Shown in pieces: positions 14,373 through 28,182 of a stretch of DNA of 64,000 bases; position 1 is the stretch's first letter, and every line of letters begins with the position of its first letter. Source of the stretch: Octopus vulgaris (Eukaryota); the NCBI GenBank assembly GCA_951406725.2, contig OX597829.1, positions 58,342,001-58,406,000 of the forward strand, given 5' to 3'. Both the position numbers and the translations under genes were made by a program. The notes below the pieces were generated by a model. The model was not told the DNA's origin and made no database searches. It was given only the letters and a program-made list of their open reading frames with translations.

Positions 14373-14422
14373 TTAGTGAATTGAAGAAATGGAGTTGAAC
14401 GAAGATTGAACAGAAATCGTTT

Positions 14423-14515
14423 TATTTCATTCTACACGTGTTTCGAAAGGCACAATTTACCAAATTCCGATTGAATAATGAGACCATATTGTGTCTTTCT
14501 CTTCAGGAAGAAATA
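14423..14515 (-). ncRNA. type-I hammerhead ribozyme (mirror copy)
   Basis: Reverse complement of 14681-14773. Confidence 0.75.
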
Positions 14516-14680
14516 GGAAATCCATTGGAATAAACAAAAACAGAACAGAGGCGGAGCAAAACAAATCGAACTAGGCTCCTAAGAGCCCATGGCCAAGAGT
14601 TTGGCCATGGGCTCTTAGGAGCCTAGTTCGATTTGTTTTGCTCCGCCTCTGTTCTGTTTTTGTTTATTCCAATGGATTTC

Positions 14681-14773
14681 TATTTCTTCCTGAAGAGAAA
14701 GACACAATATGGTCTCATTATTCAATCGGAATTTGGTAAATTGTGCCTTTCGAAACACGTGTAGAATGAAATA
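14681..14773 (+). ncRNA. type-I hammerhead ribozyme, Penelope-type
   Basis: tatttcttc-CTGAAGA-gaaagacacaat...attgtgcctttc-GAAAC-acgt-GTA-gaatgaaata: intact core, helix II 11/12 bp, helix I 9 bp with one bulge, short helix III capped by palindromic ACGT. Confidence 0.8.
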
Positions 14774-15169
14774 AAACGATTTCTGTTCAATCTTCGTTCA
14801 ACTCCATTTCTTCAATTCACTAATAATATTAAAATTCAATTATCCGCACCAACGCACGGTTGCAACACCATATGGTTGTACCTCCAACCGTGCTGTCTTC
14901 TGCTGTGATTTTTGCTACCAAGGTACCGGTTAAACTTTTGATTAATCTGCAACAAGATTATTCATCTTTCTATTTCACATTATATATATATATACATATA
15001 CACATATGCGACAGGCTTCTTTCAGTTTCCGTCTACCAAATCCACTCACAAGGCTTTGGTCGGCCCGAGGCTATAGTAGAAGACACTTGCCCAAGGTGCC
15101 AAGCAGTGGGACTGAACCTGGAACCATGTGGTTCGTAAGCCAGCTACTTACCACACAGCCACTCCTATG

Positions 15170-15209
<40 letters not shown>

Positions 15210-15274
15210 AGAGTAATGTAGTTCACTGGAAGCATTATGTATTGTTTGTAAAATATAATGTGTCTTGAATGGCC

Positions 15275-15468
15275 CAACAATGCAGGGTGGACTATTATAA
15301 TAACCGTTATAATTTAATTATTCATAGTCACTGCTATAATATTTCAGAATATAAAATTCCTTCTTCAGATATTCTTAGATGGAGTCACAGCTATATTCTG
15401 AAATATTATATCAGACTATGAATAATTATATTATAACAGTTATTATAATATTCCACCCTGCATTGTTG
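15275..15468. mobile_element. MITE-like foldback (~75-bp imperfect TIRs)
   Basis: caacaatgcagggtgga...tttcagaatata versus tatattctgaaa...tccaccctgcattgttg. Confidence 0.65.
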
Positions 15469-15470
15469 TG

Positions 15471-15514
<44 letters not shown>

Positions 15515-15518
<4 letters not shown>

Positions 15519-15655
15519 GATGGGCTTCTTTCATTTTCAGTATACCAGATCCACTCACAAGGCTTTGGCCAGCCTGAGGCTATAATAGAAGACACTTGTC
15601 CAAGGTGTCATGCAGTGGGGCTGAACCTGGAAATATTTGGCTGGGAAGCAAGCTT
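15515..15655 (-). mobile_element. SINE family A, 5' half
   Basis: gggcttctttca...ccactcacaaggctttgg...gaagacacttgtccaaggtg. Confidence 0.7.
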
Positions 15656-15864
15656 CTCAGAAATTTACTAACTGTAACAATCTTTCTGTGCAATAGATAG
15701 CAAGATAGATAGATAGATGAGTGTATAGCTACATATGTAGCTGTGTAAAGAAGTACTGATCTCTAACCTGTAAAACCAAATTCAGCATACCAAATTCAGA
15801 CTGGAACTTTGTACAGAATCCAGCTTACCAGTTCCAGTCAAACTATCTAACCAATGCCAACTTC

Positions 15865-18206
15865 ATGACACCTCCTTCTATTGCCCTCTGCCCTCCAACC
15901 CCATGCCTAACTACCAACAGACTGTATCCTCCGCTATCCATGACCTCATTTCCTTCTCCCATCTTCCTCTCACTGCCTCCAACCTCATTGTCCACACTCC
16001 ACACACACCCACTATTTACTTCCTTCCCAAAATCCACAAGCCCAACAACCCTGACCACCCCATCATCTCTGCCTGCAACTGTTCCACGGAATTGATCTCT
16101 AAATACCTCGACTGTGTCTTTGACTCCCTAGTGGCTTCCCTCTCCTCACACATCCACAACACTGACCATGCTCTCCATCTCTTTAACTCTTTTTCCTTTC
16201 CTTCTGGACTCTAAATTTCTGTCCACTCTTGATATCAAGATTTTATATACTGTGATCCCACACAACGAAGGACTTCTTGCTCTGATACACTTTCTAGACC
16301 TTCGACCTGACCCTCCAACCTGACACCTCCACACTTCTTTGTTTGGCCAAGCTTGTTCTCCCCTTCAACTGCTTTTTGTACACAGGGGATTTTTGCCAAC
16401 AGTTCTCGGGAGTAGCCATAGGAATGAGAATGGGCTCCAACTATGCGAACTTGTTTGTTGGCTATGTTGAGGCCCAAATATTCTCACAATTCATTGGTCA
16501 CACTCCCAAACTATATGGTTGTTATATCAATGACTGTATTGTCGAGACCTCTCTCTCCCATGAACAACTAAACTCCTTCCTCTCTTTTGTCCAATCCTTC
16601 CATCCTGTGCTCGAATTCTCCTGCAGTATCTCTAACTCTTCTGTTGAGTTTCTCGACACTTCTGTCAGTATACACCACTCCACTCTCACTAACTCCGTCC
16701 ACTACAAACACACTCACACTCCTACCTTAACTTCTTCTCTTCCCATCCTACCCACTCTATCCCCTTCTCCCAATCCCTCTGTCTGTGCAGGCTCTGCAGT
16801 GACAACCATGACTTTGAAATCCAGTCTCAACTCATGACTCACCACTTCATCCTACCACTATCCACACTGCCCTTGCCAGGGCATGATCCGTGGACTGTGC
16901 CTCTGCCCATTCTCCCTGCACCCGCCCCACCATTGCCCATCTCCCGTTTCCCCTCACCTACCACCCCTCTGCTCCGCCCCTCCAACATGCCATTCTCTGA
17001 GCCTTTCGGTGACTTTAGTCCAACCCCTCTACCTCGCACATCTTCCCCAACCTACACCTTCCCTCCTTCAAATGAACCCATAACCTGTGTTACCTTATGG
17101 TCCACAGTTTTTTCCCTAACTCTACTGCCCAGCCTGGCTCGTTTTCCTGCTCCTACCCACACTGCTGCACCTGCCCCTACCTCTCCAACAATACCATCCT
17201 CATAGGCACCCATCATTGTCCATATCACATATCCGACTACTTTACCTGCACTTCTCGTAACGTCATTTACTGCATCTCCTGCTCTCTCTCTGCCCTTTCC
17301 TGTACATTGGTCATATGGGACTGTTTCGCAGAGCACCTCCAAGGCATCAGACTCGGCAATGACACCTGGTCCCATGCCATTTGTGGTCTACCGGTCATTC
17401 ACTACAACATCTGTCTGTATTTAGACTGTCTTTGCACAGGGCCATCCAGACTCCTGCCTTTGCCGTGAACTGGAATTAATCTTCTCTCTGCACTCTTTTG
17501 TGCCACAAAGGCTTAACCCCACTCTCTTCATCTGACATCTACCTCACCTCCTCTGTTCATTGATACCACCCCACACCACACATACTAGCATTGACCACTT
17601 CCCAGCACCCACACCACACACCCACACACTCAAACATTCTTCAATAGTGTCACAATACATACGATTATATGAGCAGCTACACACACTGTCTAACTCAGTA
17701 CATACACCACATGCCATCATGTACACTCCTACCTACACATACACAAGCACATAGTACCTGAGCACAGGGTATATATACATACACATGCAACACGCATTTA
17801 CACACGCAACATTCGGTGACAAATAACTTTCACCCTCATATATATATAGACATGCACACTTTTTGGTTACAGACACACACACACTCACACACACGCACGC
17901 ACGCACACACACACACACACGTCTACACAACACATTACAAAGTACACCTCCACTGCTGCATACAACACACACACATACATACGCACACACTTTAGAGACT
18001 CACACATTTACATATGCACACACTCACACATGTCAGAGTCACTAGACCCTCTTCATACACACACACACCCCATTCTCACATACACACACATACGTACACG
18101 CACACCGTCTTTTGGGATCACCAGCACTTTATTATCTCCCTTTCTTTCAACCCCGTTATTATTATTATTATCTCCCTTTCTTTCAACACCGTTATTATTA
18201 TTATTA

Positions 18207-18282
<76 letters not shown>

Positions 18283-18470
18283 CATCTCCCTTTCTTTCAA
18301 ACTATTTTCTAATCATTTGCCATGTTGGACAGCTGAAATGTACAAATTTTTCATTCTCTCTCTGTTTATCTTCTCTTATTCCATTCTTTTAAAGAGCATG
18401 GCTTGAAACATAAAAGACTATTTAATTTTTTCAAACGTCAAACTAATACACTTGCATGTTGTTCATGTGT
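15865..18470 (+). mobile_element. Penelope-like retroelement (RT + GIY-YIG), frameshifted, with long 3' region ending in a hammerhead relic
   Basis: YFLPKIHKP..PII, LDIKILYTVIPH, GVAIGMRMGSNYANLF, YINDC, EFLD, FTCTSRNVIYCISC; relic aagagcatggcttgaaacataaaag at ~18392-18417. Confidence 0.85.
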
Positions 18471-18504
18471 GTATGTATGTATATATATATATATATATAT
18501 ATAT

Positions 18505-19102
18505 ACAAATTGAGATAGGGGTTGTAAATGCAACCCTGAAGTACCCAACAAAGTTAATACATAAATGTTAAGGATTGCGATGCAATCAATTCATTTACTG
18601 TATTATATGGGCAAAGGTAAAATGATTTACCACAAATTACTAATTCAACTAAGAAAATGGAGAAATACATCTAAATCAAATATCAATTACCAGATAATAC
18701 TCAATCACATACTTTATTAAACCACCACATAAGAGACTGTAGGGTTACATATAAAAAGCAGAACAAATCAGTGTACATACAGTAGTGTACATAAAAAAGT
18801 GTACATAAAAGAGTAATATATGTAGACTGATTTATATTACATAATCTCCGAAGAGGCCTTATGATATTTTTGTAAATGTCTCATTTATATCTATATATTG
18901 ACCTACCATAAAAGGCTAATATTGGTAAAATGAGACATACTTATCTACATGGCCGAAACAGCTGTAAGATGTAATCTATACTTATATTTATATTTACTTA
19001 TATTTATATTCTCTTTTATATATATTCTACTTATACATCATTACTCTTTTATGTACACTTTTTTATGTACACTACTGTATGTACACTGATTTGTTCTGCT
19101 TT
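18505..19102. mobile_element. Penelope-type terminal repeat, partially inverted pair
   Basis: ~18753-18816 is inverted at ~19040-19102; 18650-18715 also occurs at ~6203-6268; hammerhead in the middle. Confidence 0.65.
18836..18975 (+). ncRNA. hammerhead ribozyme-like motif with ~100-nt helix II (core variant CCGAAGA)
   Basis: attacataatct-CCGAAGA-ggcc...atgtctcattt/aaatgagacat...ggcc-GAAAC-agct-GTA-agatgtaat. Confidence 0.65.
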
Positions 19103-21150
19103 TGAGACTGAGGATTGTAATATGATGCCACAGGGTAGAGGACTTTAGGCATGCTTGGACTTCATCTGCTCTAGTGCCTTTCAGAATGACAAAAAGAGTT
19201 TGCCTGAAATCACCTGAAAACAGAAGCGTTACACCTCCCATTGGAGCCTGACAGTCTCGGATGTCTTTCAGGGCTCTATCTAATGCTTCCAAAGCTCCCT
19301 TGTGAGCCATAGTGCACTCATCCCAGACAATTAGATGACACATTTTAAGTACTTGTCCCTGATCTGAGCTTTTGTTGATGTTGCATAAAGGCATTTTGGA
19401 TGCTGCTAAATTGAGAGGGAGTTTAAAAATTAAGTGTGCTGTCCTGCCACCGGGTAACAAAGTAGCTGCAATGCCAGAGGAGGCTACAGCTACTGCAATG
19501 TCCTGATGCTGCCTAACTTCTGCAAGGAGAAGCTTTGTAATAAATGTTTTTCCTGTCCCTCCAGGAGCATCGAGGAAGAAGATTCGTCCCTTGCGTTGGC
19601 GTACACTGCTAAAAATAGTTCTGTAGGCCTGCAGCTGCTCCGGAAGTAATTTAGGCTCATTTTCAACAATGTACTTTGAAAGCGCTTGAGTGTCGTAGGT
19701 TGTTTCACGAATGACAGCAGTGGGAAGGTTATTTGACCCTGACCTGAATGTTTGTGGCAGGCCATACGTCGACAATTCATTTCCATCCAGTTTAGCAATT
19801 CTGTCTTCAATGTCAATGAGTGTTTTGCTATAGATTTCATTGCTGATACCCTCCATGTCAGGATAGAGCAGTTGAGATTGGCGCTGAAAGTCTTCAGCCA
19901 GGTTGTCTCTATATTTGAGCCATAGAGTGGCCGGATCACACAGTTCGCATGCCTGTAGTAATACTGCAAATAGTGCCCTGAGACTTTTAGGTGATTGTGA
20001 TAAAGCAGCCTCTCCTAAAGTTGCATCCCATTGTGCACCATCTTCTAACAGACCTTGTCGATAGCAGGCTTCTCTGTATGTTGTGCAGACGTGTCCATGA
20101 ACGGTTTTTAGTGCCTGGAAAGACGTTGGCCCTCTGACCTTATGCAGTAGTAGACGAAGATAGAAGCACTCTTGTTGAGTGGGATGCACTGTGTATACTC
20201 GCCCAAGGCAAGTGTGAAACTTAATGCCAGGGTATCCATGAACATTTTGACCTGCTTTCCGTGGGGGCCCATTTTTTTCCATTCCAAGTGTAGTACGATG
20301 GAATCTGTGGATACAGCAAGGTTTGAGCGAATGGATCCACTTGACAAAGCTCGAAGAATGCAGTGAGTGTGCTATCCCTTGGTTCCTCTGCCAACAGAGA
20401 AGCATTAGCATCGGTGAAGTACACTCTTTGACCATTTTCCAGGTGCGCTGCAAGCTGTTGAATGGCGGGGTGTCGTTGGTGAATTGGAAAGCCAAAGATG
20501 CACCAGAAAGCCTCGTTGCTACTTATGTACCGTCCCACCTGATAATGCGTCACCTCATCCTGGCAGTATTCTTGTTGAAGTCCAAACATTGCAGCGTCGG
20601 AACCCTTGTTTACATATTTGCAAACGTACTTGATGGATTTAACGGAGTTGCAAAACTCAACGTTGATGTGGGCATTGAAAGTCTTTGACAAGAGTGAGCA
20701 GTATGGAACAATCCATCTATTATCAATATCGTGCTGTCCGATAGTTGCTGTGAAACCTCCGTCTTCTGGTTTTCTGCGTCTATATGATGGATACCCATCA
20801 GCACCTGTCTGAGTTACTTGTAGGAACCTCCTTGGAAATCTTTTTGAACATATGCTGTCCTTCAAGCATGGTGAGTTTATGTTGAATCCACGCCCACATG
20901 GACCATGTTTGCTTTAACTATTTCGTATAGTTCTTTGTCTAAAGCTGGATCAGGAAGCTCTGCAGAGATTATGTTGTCGATGCCATTAGAATTGATCTAC
21001 GCTGAGAGCCAAAGCAGGATATGAGCATGTGAAAGGCCCCTTTTTTGCCACTCGATTGTGTACATGTCACATTGTATGGGCCCAAAGACTTGCCCTTTTT
21101 GTATGAACTCCATGAGAGAGATTAACTTCAGATGGAAAACTCGGGCGTTG
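19100..21150 (-). pseudogene. Helitron Rep/PIF1 helicase, frameshifted
   Basis: HUH motif YTIEWQKRGLSHAHILLW; HINVE..SVKSIKYVCKYVNKG; PIF1 motifs DAPGGTGKTF, SSGIAATLL, IVWDEC, GDFRQTL. Confidence 0.93.
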
Positions 21151-21304
21151 AGATTCAGGTTCGAATGTAAGGCAGGTTTGAAAGTGTTCCCAACAGTTAT
21201 TAGTGTAGTGGTAGAGTGTTTATGCCGAATATGTACGTATGCATGTATATATATATGTATGTATGCCTGTATATATATATATGTATGTATGCCTGTATAT
21301 ATGT

Positions 21305-21435
21305 ACAAAATCCACTGAGAAGGCTTTGGTTGGTCTGAGGCTACAGCAGAAGACACATGCCAAGTCACCACACAGTGGGACTGAACCCAGGACCATGTGT
21401 TTGGAACGTAGTTTGTTACCACACAGCCACATCTG
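21305..21435 (-). mobile_element. SINE family A, 5' half
   Basis: aaatccact...cagtgggactgaaccc...accacacagccac. Confidence 0.75.
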
Positions 21436-21441
21436 CCCTTA

Positions 21442-21483
<42 letters not shown>

Positions 21484-22244
21484 CGTATGCGTATGTGTGT
21501 ATGGGTAGATATATTATGCATGTATATATGTGTATATGTATGTGTACATATTACATGTACATCTATATATATACATCTACACATAAAATACAAAATACAA
21601 AGTTATATCTTGATATCGCTAGTGATAACAATACTCAAAATATATAAGAGACTGGAATTGTAGGCCCGTCTCTTGCAATTTCGATCAATTGGATCTTGTC
21701 CTCCCTCTAGTAAAGAAGTGTACGGCTGCAGCGAAATTCATTTTTGGACTTTCTTCTATCGAAGGCATTTTAACAAAAATGCTTCCGTAAAGACGGTGAA
21801 AATATTGTTAATTTCCCCAAACAGGGACACAATTCAATTTTTAAACAATAACCAAAGCCCCTTCTCCGAAAGGGGGAGGGTTACGGTTTACAATTATTTA
21901 ACAAATGCAACACAACAACGTTTCCCTGACGAGGAACCAACAAACGTGATTACAAAAGTCAAACAGTAATAATAATAACAACAAACCGTTTTAATTTATC
22001 CCCATTTATGTGAAACCATTTATTCAAGTTCAAGTCATTTATGCAATTTCATACGAATTGCTAAAACACACACACACACACACACATAATAAGGGTGAAA
22101 AATTGAATATTAATTTGATTAATGTGAATTGAAAACCAGTGGTGTAGCATATAAGACCATAGCGGTTCTTCCTCTAGCAAAAAGGACGACCACTTGTTAA
22201 TGGTTCATCCCTGTTATATAATACTTTCACTTTAATAGTTTCAG

Positions 22245-22502
22245 TATTAAAATGAAAGTGTCTGCATTACAAAAGAGAAATGTTTTTGTTTCACTTTTAA
22301 CACGTAATACTGAAATAGTGGAGAAGATATGATATTGCTGTGGGGTCGCCCTAGGGAAAAAGTTAAAATATTTTTTTGCCGATGACACTCCTCGGACCTT
22401 AAGTAAGATATGTGTAAAATTTGAATGGAATTGGTTGTGTAGTTCTCAAGTTTTAGGGAAACACACAGACAGACACACATTTTTAGTTTTATATATATAG
22501 AG
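22245..22502 (-). mobile_element. Helitron-type 5' end
   Basis: Minus strand begins TCtatatatataaaactaaaaatgtgtgtctgtctgtgtg...aaattttacaca; same orientation as the Helitron ORF at 19100-21150. Confidence 0.55.
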
Positions 22503-22671
22503 ATATACATGTATATATATATAGCTGTATATGTATAGATGTATTTCTATAGATATACATGTATGTGTATACATGTATGTCTAGATGTATATATAGATGT
22601 ACATGTAATATGTACACATATATATACACATAAATACATGCATACATATATACACCCATACACACATACAT

Positions 22672-23010
22672 AGGTGCAGGTGTGGCTGTGTGGTAACAAA
22701 CTTGGTTCCAAAACACATGGTCCTCAGTTCAGTCCCACTGTGTGGTAACTTGGCATGTGTCTTCTGCTATAGCCCCAGACCAACCAAAGCCTTGTCAGTG
22801 AATTTTGTAGAGAGAAACTGAAAGAAATCAATTGTATATATATGTATGTATATATATACAAGTCTATGTGTGTGTCTTTGTGTTTCTCCCTTATCGCTGC
22901 TTCACAACTGGTGTTCGTGTATTTACATCCCCATAACTTACTGGTTTCACAAGAAGAAACTGTTAGAATAAGTACCAGGCTTATCAAAATATAAAAAAGC
23001 ACTAGGCCGT
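22672..23010 (+). mobile_element. SINE family A
   Basis: ggtgcaggtgtggctgtgtggtaa...agttcagtcccactg...agaataagtaccaggctt. Confidence 0.8.
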
Positions 23011-23041
23011 GTCTCATATTTTTGTTGTATCTATCAATTTA

Positions 23042-23083
<42 letters not shown>

Positions 23084-23187
23084 TGTGTATGTACACACAC
23101 ACACACACACACATGGATTTCGTAGCCAGGAACTGAAACAAATCTATCGTATATATATGTATGTATATATGTAAGTGTATGTGTTTT

Positions 23188-25848
23188 GGTATTGGCAGCA
23201 TGAATGACAATGGCCAGAGACGACTTGCATATTGCACATACCATAACCTGTGCATCACTAACACATTCTTTGCCAACAAGACATCCCACAAGGCATCTTG
23301 GAGACGTCCAAGATCTCGCCATTGGCATCAGCTGGATCTCATCATTACACGAAGATCCTTTCTGAATTCTGTTCAACTGACCCGTAGTTACAACAGCGCG
23401 GATTGTGACACAGATCATTCACTAATAAGAAGCAGGGTGAGGATTCTGCCTAAAAAAGTTCATCACTCCAAGAAAATGGGCCGACCACGCATTAACACTG
23501 CCAGAACCTCGGACCCTACACTGCGACAATGTTTTGCTGTTTCTATCAAGGTTGCCCTCAGAAGCTGCCCAACCTCCTCTGCTGAAAGTAGGTGGAATTA
23601 TATCAGAGAAGCTTTGTATACCATATCAATAGATACTTTTGGCATGAGAGAAAGGCAAAACCCAGATTGGTTTAGTGCTGGGCTCTCAGAGCTGGAAACA
23701 GTTATCGAAGCAAAGTGTGCAGCTCTGATGCAATAAAAGAGTGATTCTTCTACAAAGTCACTTGAAGAACTCAGAAAGGTAAGGAATAAAACCCAACTGA
23801 CTGCCAGGCGCTGTGCAAACAGGTATTGGCAGGAAATCTGTCAGAGTATCCAGTCAGCAGCTGACAGTGGCAACACCCGTGGGATGTATGCCGGTTTGAA
23901 GAAGGCCCTCGGTCCATCCGCATCCAAGTCAGCCCCTCTGAAATCAACTACTGGAGATCTCATCAAGAACCAAAGCAAGCAGATGGGTAGATGGGTGGAG
24001 TACTACCAGGATCACTACTCACAGAGACCACGGTAGCTGAGGCTGCAATCGAGGGTGTCAAGATCTTGGCAGTCATGTGCGAACTTGAGAGTCTGCCATC
24101 TATAGCAGAGCTCACCAAGGCTATTCATTCCCAGCAAGTAACAAGGCTCCAGGAAAAGACGGCATCCCCTTAGAGATCATCAAAACCGGCAAAAACAGCA
24201 TCCTGCTTCGGCACCTTCATGAGCTTCTGTGTCAGTGCTGGGAAGAGGGTACAGTCCCTCAGGATATGCGGGATGCTAACATCATTACGCTTTACAAAAA
24301 CAAAGGTGACCATGGTGATTGTAACAATTACCGTGGATATCTCTTCTAAGCACTGTTGGAAAGGCCTTTGCTCGCATTATCCTGTCCAGGCTACAACTGC
24401 TTGCTTCTCGAATTTATCCAGAATCGCAGTGTGGGTTTAGAAGAAGCAGATCAACTATTGACATGATATTCTCCATACGCCAACTTCAGGAGAAGTCCAG
24501 AGAGCAGAAAATGCCATTATATATGGCCTTCATTGATCTGACAAAGGCCTTTGATTTGGTAAGTAGAAAATGCCTCTTCATCCTGCTCCAAAACATCGGA
24601 TGTCCATCAAAGCTGCTGAGGATCATCAAATCTTTCCATACAGCACAATGGTTCAACATCAGCCGCCTTCCAAATTAAAAAAATGGGGTAAAGCAAGGTT
24701 GTGTCCTTGCTCCTACATTATTTGGCATCTTCTCGCTGCTGCTGTCACATGCCTTTGAGACATCAGATGATGGAGTGTTTCTGCACAGTAGAAGTGATGG
24801 GAAACTGTTCAAACTCTCGCATCTGCGTGCCAAGACCAAAATCAGAAGCGTCCTGATCAAGGAGATGCTATTTGTTGATGATGCCGCTCTGGTATCACAC
24901 ACAGAAGAAGCCCTACAAAGGCTCATCAACTGTTTTGAGCAAGAATGTAGCGACTTTGGCTTAGTTATCAGCCTCAAGAAGACCAACATCATAGGTCAGG
25001 CTACATCAGACATCCCAAACATACATATTGGAGACCACAGACTACAGGAGGAGGAGAAGTTTACCTATCTTGGCTCTACCGTCACCTGCAACATATCCCT
25101 TGATGCTGAGCTCAATACATGCATTGGCAAGGCTGTGATGGCCCAACTCTCCAAACGGGCATGGGACAAAAATAAGCTGACCAAGACCACAAAAACGAAG
25201 ATTTACCAGGCATGTGTACTTAGCACTCTACTGTATGGAAGTTATACTTGGACGCCATACACAAGAGCGTTGCCTAAAAATCCTTCACTTCAAATGGCAG
25301 AATCATGTCCTCAACAAAGATGTCCTCAAGCAAGCAGGAATACCAAGCATGTTTGCACTCCTCACACAAAGACGTATGAGATGGCTTGGACATGTTAGCC
25401 GTATGGAAGTTGGCAGAATCCCCAAGGACATACTCAACGGAGAGCTTGCTAGGGGCACTAGGTCTGTTGGAAGACTATTCTTACGATACAAGGATGTTTG
25501 CAAAAGGGACATGAAGGCCTGCAACATCAATATTAGCAACTGGGAAGCAGTTGCCAGCAACCGTGGAGATTGGCGACGTACCGTAAAAGAGGGAACACAA
25601 AGGAGTGACAGAGAGAGAGAGGAGAAATGGAAAGAAAAGGAAAGACGTCAACAAGAAACTATGACATTACAACCAGCCAGGCAAAGTCTTCCCTACATTT
25701 GCGGTACCTGCCAGAGGGAGTGTTTGTCCAGGATAGGACTACACAGCCACAGCAGGAGATGTATTAGGACATGAAATGTAAAAGCCTGACTAGATTATTT
25801 TATGTGCAACTCCATTGTCTCCCGAGACAAAAAGGATGCCAACAACAA
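23188..25848 (+). mobile_element. RTE (BovB-like) LINE, 5'-truncated, frameshifted
   Basis: APE C-terminus (NLCITNTFF, HWHQLDLII, DTDHSL), RT (QCGFRRSRST, FIDLTKAFD, GVKQGCVLAP, LFVDD, FTYLGS), C2H2 finger CGTC...HSHSRRC, tail gtctcccgagac...gcc(aac)n. Confidence 0.93.
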
Positions 25849-25852
25849 TATA

Positions 25853-26075
25853 TATAGATTTCGTAGACAGGAACTGAAACAAATCAATTGTATATATATA
25901 TGTATGTATATATGTAAGTCTATGTGTGTGTCTTTGTGTTTCTCCCTCATCACTGCTTCACAACTGCTGTTCATTTATTTACATCTACATAACTTACTGG
26001 TTTCACAAGAACAAGCTTATAGAATAAGTACCAGGATTATCAACATAAAAAAGCACTAGGCTGTGTCTCATATTT
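25853..26075 (+). mobile_element. SINE family A internal segment (duplicate of ~22800-23020)
   Basis: Near-collinear with 22815-23020, including the flank gcactagg.tgtgtctcatattttt. Confidence 0.75.
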
Positions 26076-26110
26076 TTGTTTGACCACTCAGTTGTATCTA
26101 TCAATTTATC

Positions 26111-26161
<51 letters not shown>

Positions 26162-26178
26162 CTATATCTATATCTGTA

Positions 26179-27622
<1,444 letters not shown>

Positions 27623-28182
27623 TATATATATAAAAGAGAATTTGTATGTGTGTGTGTGCGTATGTTCCTTATGCATTCCAAAACCGAGTTGCCGATTTTA
27701 ACGTATGGGGTATCAAAAGATTGAGTAGGCTTTCGGCTGCCAACTAAACTTTATTTTCATTCACATATTTGCATTACAAACATTTAACATTATAATTTTA
27801 CTTTTAGGCACCTAGCGTAAACAACATTTTATACCACCACCATAACAACGATGACGTCATATTTTCTATATGAGTGTGTTTGCGCGTCCGTTACATATGT
27901 TAGGCTGATGACTGACAAGTATAAGTGTGTGACGGCCATATGTGTCTGTCAGTATACATACATTTTTGTGACGACTGACACACACATCTAAAGACTGAGA
28001 CAGACACACACAGGAACAGACATAGGCTTGAGGTGTGCGTTAATGTAAGCCAGTGTGTGTCTTAGTATATATATATGTTATCTTACCCCTCCCCCAACAG
28101 TGAAACGCGCCGATTTTGAAACAGTTTAGTTTAGTTGTGGTCTGGACTTTAAATGAACAACAGCATTCACTTTGATGTTCTA

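Larger units (their letters stand above)
14365..14831. repeat. near-perfect palindrome, arms 232/231 bp, 4-nt loop
   Basis: 14365-14596 is the reverse complement of 14601-14831 apart from one 1-nt indel that I could see; loop GAGT. Confidence 0.95.
14071..15170 (-). mobile_element. SINE family A split by a Penelope-type insertion in its internal (TA)n
   Basis: 3' half at 14071-14280 and 5' half at ~15000-15170, collinear with intact copies. Confidence 0.8.

Noticed and set aside
18190-18285. Poly-Ile/Leu/Tyr membrane-protein ORFs
   Set aside because: (ATT)n microsatellite
19041-20495. Host PIF1 helicase gene
   Set aside because: Linked to a Helitron Rep HUH motif, frameshifted, intronless and truncated by an insertion
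21925-21950. CTGACGAG as a hammerhead core
   Set aside because: No paired helix II followed by GAAA and GUH
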